The notes under the pieces were generated by a model, which had not been told where the DNA came from, did no database searches, and was given only the letters and a program-made list of their open reading frames with translations. 64,000 bases of DNA from an uncultured Desulfospira sp. (GTDB lineage Bacteria > Desulfobacterota > Desulfobacteria > Desulfobacterales > Desulfobacteraceae): assembly GCA_963663165.1 (NCBI GenBank), contig OY760175.1:2272001-2336000 (forward strand), in the 5' to 3' direction. A program made the position numbers and the translations under genes. Positions 61,584 to 64,000 of this stretch are shown one piece after another; the first letter of the stretch is position 1, and each line of letters starts with the position of its first letter.

Positions 61584-62123
61584 ATGAAAAAACAAATCCG
61601 ACAGCGCAGGTGTAAAAACTGCCAAAATTTATTCAAGCCAGATCCCCGTCATTTGAAACGGCAAAAATTTTGTAACGAACCCGAATGCAAAATTGCCAGT
61701 AAAAAACACAGCCAGCAAAAATGGCTGAATAAGCCAAAGAATCAGGATTATTTTTCAGGGCCTGAGAATGTGGTCCGTGTTCAGGAATGGCGCCAAAGCA
61801 ATCCTGGTTACTGGAAGCGAACAAAGCCTCCGGGAAAGCCATCCTTAACTGAAAATACGTTACAAGAGATAAAAACTGCCAAAACCATTGCTGGTAAAGG
61901 ATCTTCGATGGATTTAATTCAAATACCGTTACAAGATTTAATATCGGCCAAGACCCTTGTCTTTATTGGGTTTGACACCCTCCTTAACAAAAATGCGTTA
62001 CAAGAGATTATTGATGCCACGGACCAGGAGACGGTAAAATTGACACCAGATATTATGAAGGAACTAACCAAAAAGAAGAGGTGTCAGCATGGGCAAACGA
62101 TTTTCTTCAAAGGAACTTTATAG
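61584..62123 (+). CDS. Cys-rich basic accessory protein
   Basis: CKNC..F.PDPR....QKFCNEPEC...VQEWRQSNPGYW; AAGGAGG RBS. Confidence 0.75.
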   Translation: MKKQIRQRRCKNCQNLFKPDPRHLKRQKFCNEPECKIASKKHSQQKWLNKPKNQDYFSGPENVVRVQEWRQSNPGYWKRTKPPGKPSLTENTLQEIKTAKTIAGKGSSMDLIQIPLQDLISAKTLVFIGFDTLLNKNALQEIIDATDQETVKLTPDIMKELTKKKRCQHGQTIFFKGTL

Positions 62124-62397
62124 ATTACGAAATTCAATACCCATTCATGTGTTGATCGAAACGGAACTGGGTATTCCAGCCAAAATAAGTGAAGGGGTTT
62201 TCCGTTTTCTGTGTCCCTTGTGCAATGAATTTCAGACTGCAGTTAATCCTAAGACGAACCTGAGCAGGTGTTTTCGATGCGAAAAGAATTTTAATACCAT
62301 AGATCTGGTAATGGCCTGTCGGCACATTGGTTTTGTTGACAGTGTCAAATATCTTCAGATTATTTTGAATACAAGAGCACCTGATCATGACGTCTGA
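62089..62397 (+). CDS. Stand-alone CHC2-type zinc-finger protein
   Basis: GVFRFLCPLCNEFQTAVNP.TNL.RCFRCEKNFNTIDLVM is shared with 47457-47861. Confidence 0.82.
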   Translation: MGKRFSSKELYRLRNSIPIHVLIETELGIPAKISEGVFRFLCPLCNEFQTAVNPKTNLSRCFRCEKNFNTIDLVMACRHIGFVDSVKYLQIILNTRAPDHDV

Positions 62398-63346
62398 TTT
62401 GGGAACAGAACTCAATATACAGTCTTATCGTCGATGTCGAGTGCCGGCAGAAATAATGCCGCCACTCGGCCTTCCGTTGCCGGAAATTTTTCATGGGTAT
62501 CTGAATTATTACAAACACCAGCTTCGTAACGAAAACAATATCGGCGCAATGAGGCAAATACTGATGAGTTTTCATTTTTTTCTTCAAACGTCAGGCATTC
62601 TTTTAAATGAAATATCCATTCATCAGGTTGATCAATTTTTAGCCCGTTACAACACCAATTATTCTGCCGGGGCAGCCAGATCTAACCGGTCACATCTTCG
62701 GCAGTTTCTCAAGCACCTCTACCGAGGCGGGTATATCAAAAAAGACATCTCTGTGCTGGTGGTGAGCCCTCCTGAGTTTGCTCGGTCAAAACCACCGAAA
62801 TTCTTGCGCCCCCATGAAGTGCAAAAAATGTTTAAGCTCATGAATTTGTCAACAGCAAAAGATCTCCGTATTTATGCGGCTATGCACCTGGCATATTTTT
62901 TGGGATTGAGGCCCGGAGAAATCAGCTCACTTACCCTGGATGACATCTCTTTCAGGCAAAAAGAGATTTTTATTCGTTCGAGAAAAAATTACAGCCCTGC
63001 TCATCTTCCTGTGCCGGACAATGTGATCAAGGCCATCACCGCTTATATTATCGGCGGGAGACCAGAAACCCAATCTCGAACCTTATTTTTACAGTTAGTG
63101 CCGCCTTATAAACCGGTTGGCAGGAGCGACATCCCCCGTCATATAAGAGAATTTATGGCTGATAGCAATCTTGAGTCAAACACATATTGGCTGAGGCATT
63201 CTTACGCCCAGAATTTGCTGGAGTCCGGTGCTTCCATTTATGAGATAAAAGAAATGATGGGCCATAAAAGCATCGGAGCAACGCAAAAATATCTGAGCAT
63301 CCATATCAACCTGATGCGGGAGGTTATCCTCGGTGAAACGCTTTAA
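62387..63346 (+). CDS. Tyrosine recombinase (RitA-like)
   Basis: LGLRPGEI, YWLRHSYA, MGHKSIGATQKY; clear paralog of 53313-54200. Confidence 0.92.
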   Translation: MTSDLGTELNIQSYRRCRVPAEIMPPLGLPLPEIFHGYLNYYKHQLRNENNIGAMRQILMSFHFFLQTSGILLNEISIHQVDQFLARYNTNYSAGAARSNRSHLRQFLKHLYRGGYIKKDISVLVVSPPEFARSKPPKFLRPHEVQKMFKLMNLSTAKDLRIYAAMHLAYFLGLRPGEISSLTLDDISFRQKEIFIRSRKNYSPAHLPVPDNVIKAITAYIIGGRPETQSRTLFLQLVPPYKPVGRSDIPRHIREFMADSNLESNTYWLRHSYAQNLLESGASIYEIKEMMGHKSIGATQKYLSIHINLMREVILGETL

Positions 63347-64000
63347 AAGCTTTCTTAGCGAATATATAGAGGATTTTATCGAATACCGTCTTCAATTGGG
63401 ATATTCAGATAAAATGCTGCTGTGCAGCCTTCGGTTGCTGGATCGGTATGTTGCCCAAAGGGATGTGACCTGGACATCATTTGATCCGTTGTTTTTCATC
63501 CGACTCCGTTCAGACCTCAATTGTGAAAACCGTTCCATCAATACATTTTTTCGAACGTTTCAAATGTTTTTCAAATATCTGATCCGCAGAGACCTGATTT
63601 TGACAAATCCCATACAGGAGATTGCTGAGCTGCCGGAAAATCAGATTATCCCTTTTATTTTTTCTCCGAAAGAAACGGATCTTTTATTGAAAACTGTCAT
63701 AAAACAGATGCGAAAAACAAAAAAATATTACCTCACCGATTTTAGCGGTTATATCTCTTTTCTGCTGATGGCCCGGTGCGGCTTGAGAATATCGGAGACG
63801 TTCAATTTGCTGCAAAAGAACTACAGGTCTGAAGAAAGGACAATCTATATTGAGAAAACAAAATTTAAAAAAGACCGACTGATCCCAATACCCAAGGCCG
63901 TTTCTTGTGAAATCGACAATTTTTTGAACGTGCGACGGCTTTTACTTATTGCCGATGTGCATCCTTTATTATTGATCAAAGGAGATGGCGGAAAGTTACC
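63333..64000 (+). CDS. Tyrosine recombinase (RitB-like), partial
   Basis: Hand translation from GTG 63333: KRFKSFLSEYIEDFIEYRLQLGYS...LLMARCGLRISET...TKFKKDRLIPIP; paralog of 52352-53329. Confidence 0.88.
   Translation, partial: MKRFKSFLSEYIEDFIEYRLQLGYSDKMLLCSLRLLDRYVAQRDVTWTSFDPLFFIRLRSDLNCENRSINTFFRTFQMFFKYLIRRDLILTNPIQEIAELPENQIIPFIFSPKETDLLLKTVIKQMRKTKKYYLTDFSGYISFLLMARCGLRISETFNLLQKNYRSEERTIYIEKTKFKKDRLIPIPKAVSCEIDNFLNVRRLLLIADVHPLLLIKGDGGKL

Larger units (their letters stand above)
61448..64000 (+). mobile_element. RIT-like element 2 (left part; runs off window)
   Basis: End motif ttatgtagcgagttttttttgttgcgtg closely matches the reverse complement of the element-1 end (ttatgttgcgactttttttgtagcgag); followed by ritA/ritB paralogs. 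Confidence 0.8.

Overview
The window has two parts. Bases 1 to ~41,200 are chromosomal housekeeping DNA, probably from a Desulfobacteraceae-like deltaproteobacterium (inferred from gene content and intergenic heptamer repeats). It holds a cation-chloride cotransporter-like permease, a YhhN protein, a 1636-aa hybrid histidine kinase, mtnP-apt-Fic, pstSCAB, dnaX-ybaB-recR, motAB with a degenerate HD-GYP protein, LysM, a GspE/PilB ATPase, ferredoxin, lptD, a NusG paralog, IHF, holB, PSP1, metG, a PBP, a 1233-aa GlmS-like protein and an MFS transporter. From ~41,200 to the end is a more AT-rich accessory island with candidate defence genes (putative Abi plus tandem-DUF262; a PLD-like/VPA1262-like gene plus partner) and a tyrosine integrase split by an A8 slippery run. 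It also holds four mobile elements whose ends can be read from the sequence. (1) A 4,278-bp TG..CA transposon (46747-51024, 24-bp TIRs, 6-bp TSD AGCCTT) with a DDE transposase, an AAA ATPase and three accessory genes. (2) A ~4.7-kb recombinase-trio (RIT-like) element (51151-55863) with dif-like arms and a duplicated 6-bp core ATACCA. (3) A 1,432-bp IS (56413-57844, 8-bp TSD) that splits the PLD-like gene. (4) The start of a second RIT-like element at 61448. The most striking observation is that the DDE transposon and the second RIT element, which use unrelated recombination chemistry, carry the same front-end module: an (A)CCCCGC repeat array, a Cys-rich gene and a closely related stand-alone CHC2-type zinc-finger gene.
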